A DNA stretch of 63,898 bases, the filler included, from Folioceros fuciformis (lineage: Eukaryota): NCBI GenBank assembly GCA_049999805.1. It is 8 parts of 8 records of this genome, joined end to end, with 100 filler letters (N's around TTAATTAATTAA, not from the genome) between each part and the next. Parts side by side here need not be neighbours in the genome. Positions count along the whole stretch, not along the records: positions 61,318 to 63,898 come from JBNGIO010003478.1; 7 more parts are not named here. One strand, written 5' to 3'. The translations under genes were made by a program, and so were the position numbers. The notes beneath the pieces were generated by a model. It worked only from the letters and a program-made list of their open reading frames with translations, searched no databases and was not told where the DNA came from. This document shows, piece after piece, positions 61,218 to 63,898 of the stretch (position 1 is its first letter; every line of letters begins with the position of its first letter).

Positions 61218-62008
61218 NNNNNNNNNNNNNNNNNNNNNNNNNNNNNNNNNNNNNNNNNNNNTTAATTAATTAANNNNNNNNNNNNNNNNNNNNNNNNNNN
61301 NNNNNNNNNNNNNNNNNGGAGGTAAATATCATCATTTTCAAGTCTTAATTGTGAAAACTTTTTTTTCTTAAAGTAGGTTTTGGGTTTCAACCTTGCAAAA
61401 CTTTTTTATTATTGCAATAATTTTTTTTAGATGATTGAAAATGGGACTCTTCCACCCCAAAACACTAGAGTCACCATAATTTCCAATTTTGGACGTGAAG
61501 GATGATAATTTTGTAGATATTGAAAACCAATGGCTTCAAAATGTGAAAATCCTATCAAAATGAAAGACGAATCAAGTGTGCCAAGTCAATGTAAGAAATC
61601 GATTTAAATTTAAAGTTATGCCACCGTTTGATTAGGTCAATNNNNNNNNNNNNNNNNNNNNNNNNNNNNNNNNNNNNNNNNNNNNNNNNNNNNNNNNNNN
61701 NNNNNNNNNNNNNNNNNNNNNNNNNNNNNNNNNNNNNNNNNTCAATAGGCTTAGTTTTGCTGGAACAGTTTGGCTAGGTCATAATTCCTCTTGAAGTGCG
61801 CCAATAAATCCGCGCACAATGAGCAATACATTCCTCTTGAAGCACCTCAATAGACTGACGCACAAGAGGAACATCCAGTGGGGAACATCCCGCAACGGGG
61901 AAAACTGTCAGCAAACGGGTGTTCAGAGCTGGTCTCTTCCATTCTAGCAGCCATTTATCGAAGTGTGCGCTGGCACGGGCTACCGAGTCGAGAATGAAGC
62001 GAAGGAAG

Positions 62009-62719
62009 CTAGAGATGGAAGAGGCGCTTCTGGGCATCGAGGAGGTACTGGGTCTGCTTGGGCCTGATTCCGAATGCCTTTCCCAAAACATCCGAAGGAA
62101 TGTCTGAACTCAGGAGAGCGCTAACAAAGTTCTGGGCTGGAGAATACTGCGTGTTTAGAGCCGAGATGACCCAAGACAAACCGTCCGCCACATTCTTCAT
62201 GAAAATCAAAGATCCACGAGGGAACACAAACACCTCACCCTTTTTAAGAATGGTCTTGTACAACTTGTGGGTCTGAGACGGTACGAACGCCACCTCCAGC
62301 TCTCCCTCCACCAAGTAGATGATCTCGGTGGCACGAGCATGGTGATGCGGTGGGTTGAGCCCCCCCTTCCCGAAGTCGATCCGTTGCAATGCAATGCCCA
62401 GAGTGTTGAGCCCCGGGAAGACATTCACGAAGCCGCTCGTGATGACGCAGCCCAGAGGGTGCTTGCTGGTGTTACCCGGCGTCACCAGGCCTGAGTATTT
62501 GAAGTCCTCAGCCGTGGTCTCTTCCACCGACTTGCAGGTGAACCCATTGATGTGCGGGTTAGGGTTCGTGATATCCTTCGCCACGCAGAAATCCTGAAGA
62601 GGGTCGGGGTCTGACGCAGCTGTGAAACTGGGTGCCCAAACAACCAAGAAGAGCACGGCAGACGACATCACGATCATCTGCATTCTTGCGTCCAGCAGGG
62701 TGGTGTTGCAGTGAGCCAT
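62009..62719 (-). CDS. GLP: Germin-like protein (cupin), secreted, intronless
   Basis: Signal peptide followed by DPDPLQDFCVA, INGFTCK, FPGLNTLGIAL.RIDF..GGLNPPHHHARATE and KGEVFVFPRG. Confidence 0.92.
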   Translation of the reverse strand: MAHCNTTLLDARMQMIVMSSAVLFLVVWAPSFTAASDPDPLQDFCVAKDITNPNPHINGFTCKSVEETTAEDFKYSGLVTPGNTSKHPLGCVITSGFVNVFPGLNTLGIALQRIDFGKGGLNPPHHHARATEIIYLVEGELEVAFVPSQTHKLYKTILKKGEVFVFPRGSLIFMKNVADGLSWVISALNTQYSPAQNFVSALLSSDIPSDVLGKAFGIRPKQTQYLLDAQKRLFHL

Positions 62720-63898
62720 TGCTGGGAATTGTCGGGTCCTCGAGACTCAGATCCTTCCAGATGACGAACAGGATGTCACAGACTGCAATATGACTGGAAG
62801 GCTAGGCGTTACAACGGCCGAGAAGGCTTTATACCATCTCCCGTAGGGCCGGATCGCACCACTGGGCCAAATGTTTGCGTGCACTGCCGATAATCCGGGA
62901 GTTGTTAGGTCCAGATTGCTTGCCGCAAAATTTCGTGGAGTGCAAATCGTAGGAAACTAGCGGGCACATGAAGGAGCGCGAACCCTGTGCCTCCAGACAC
63001 TGTCAAGCCAACATCTGGCAGACAAGAATTTTTGGGAAAGGATGCAGTCATATAGTGCAGTGGAAACTTCACAGTCAACTTCAGTGGCATCTCTCGGGAC
63101 TATTGTCTACAAGATGGCGTCAGCCTGATTGGATCAATGGCAGGCTAGCAACACATCTTCTCTCCGCTTGAATATTGCGATCCATCTTGGAGGATGCAAC
63201 TCAGCCTGCTCCTCCCGGTAACATTCATGGCTGCCGATCCAGTCACCATGTCTTGTCAGGCTGCAGCTCCGGGAACTGTACTAGTCACACATGTTGCATT
63301 TAATGCACTAGAAGGTCGGTGCTCGATGCAGTACATTTGATAGTCTCCATGTCCCTATCCACGGTCGACCTGATCCTGTCCATTTTTCACTCCACGATGG
63401 ATAGAGTGACCTCGTAGCCCTTGACTCAGTGGTGGATTTCCAACGTTCCACCCCGTCTCTACTTATCTTAAGTATCACATTCTAATCTACGACAAGCGAT
63501 CATGAAGCCTGGTATGTTTACTCGACACTAGACCACAGCCTTCCTCTTCAGACCAAAGTAAGTTTGGTATGGAGAATCAAAGTGCTCAATGGAGGACTTG
63601 ATTTATAACATACATGCTTTCTCCACTCAATTCAGCACATTGCTCACAATACTCTTTGCAGTCATCGTATGCGGCCTTCGAAATTGTGGAGCCGCAAGCT
63701 GCAGCATCTATGTGATCAGATCCTGCACAGCTGGTTTGTTGAGAAGCGGAGATCCACGTGCACTGGCAGCTACCGGTCCGAGACATTGGATGCTATTCAC
63801 TGCACACTGCCAGGCCATGCATCGGTTTGAACGTCGGCGGATGTGTTTCACAGTAATCCAACGGAAGTGAGGATAAAATAATGTTCCCGAATCATGCC

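Overview
Eukaryotic plant nuclear DNA. Short (~90-bp) GT-AG introns, dense genes and a DYW:KP/DRH-type PPR gene suggest a hornwort such as Anthoceros (inference). The window is not contiguous. Seven 100-nt N blocks carrying TTAATTAATTAA join eight separate contigs, and several plain N gaps break ORFs. Recognisable genes are DUO3-like, formiminotransferase (FTCD-like), GT92 galactan synthase (partial), sirtuin SRT1 (partial), an ePHD + pre-SET/SET/post-SET methyltransferase, a class VIII AP2/ERF repressor, a His-rich hybrid extensin, a secreted ricin-B-like protein, a ROP GTPase (partial), a PLS-type PPR protein with a DYW:KP (DRH) domain, and a germin-like protein. Transposon content includes two related Ty3/gypsy copies with a tRNA-Asp PBS, an iMet-PBS LTR, a degenerate integrase followed by a PHD finger, a MULE transposase and many tandem or inverted repeats. 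The most notable items are the candidate U-to-C RNA editing factor, an LTR with ~105-bp terminal inverted repeats, the PHD-bearing integrase and the ePHD-SET architecture. Exon boundaries were read by eye and some are approximate.
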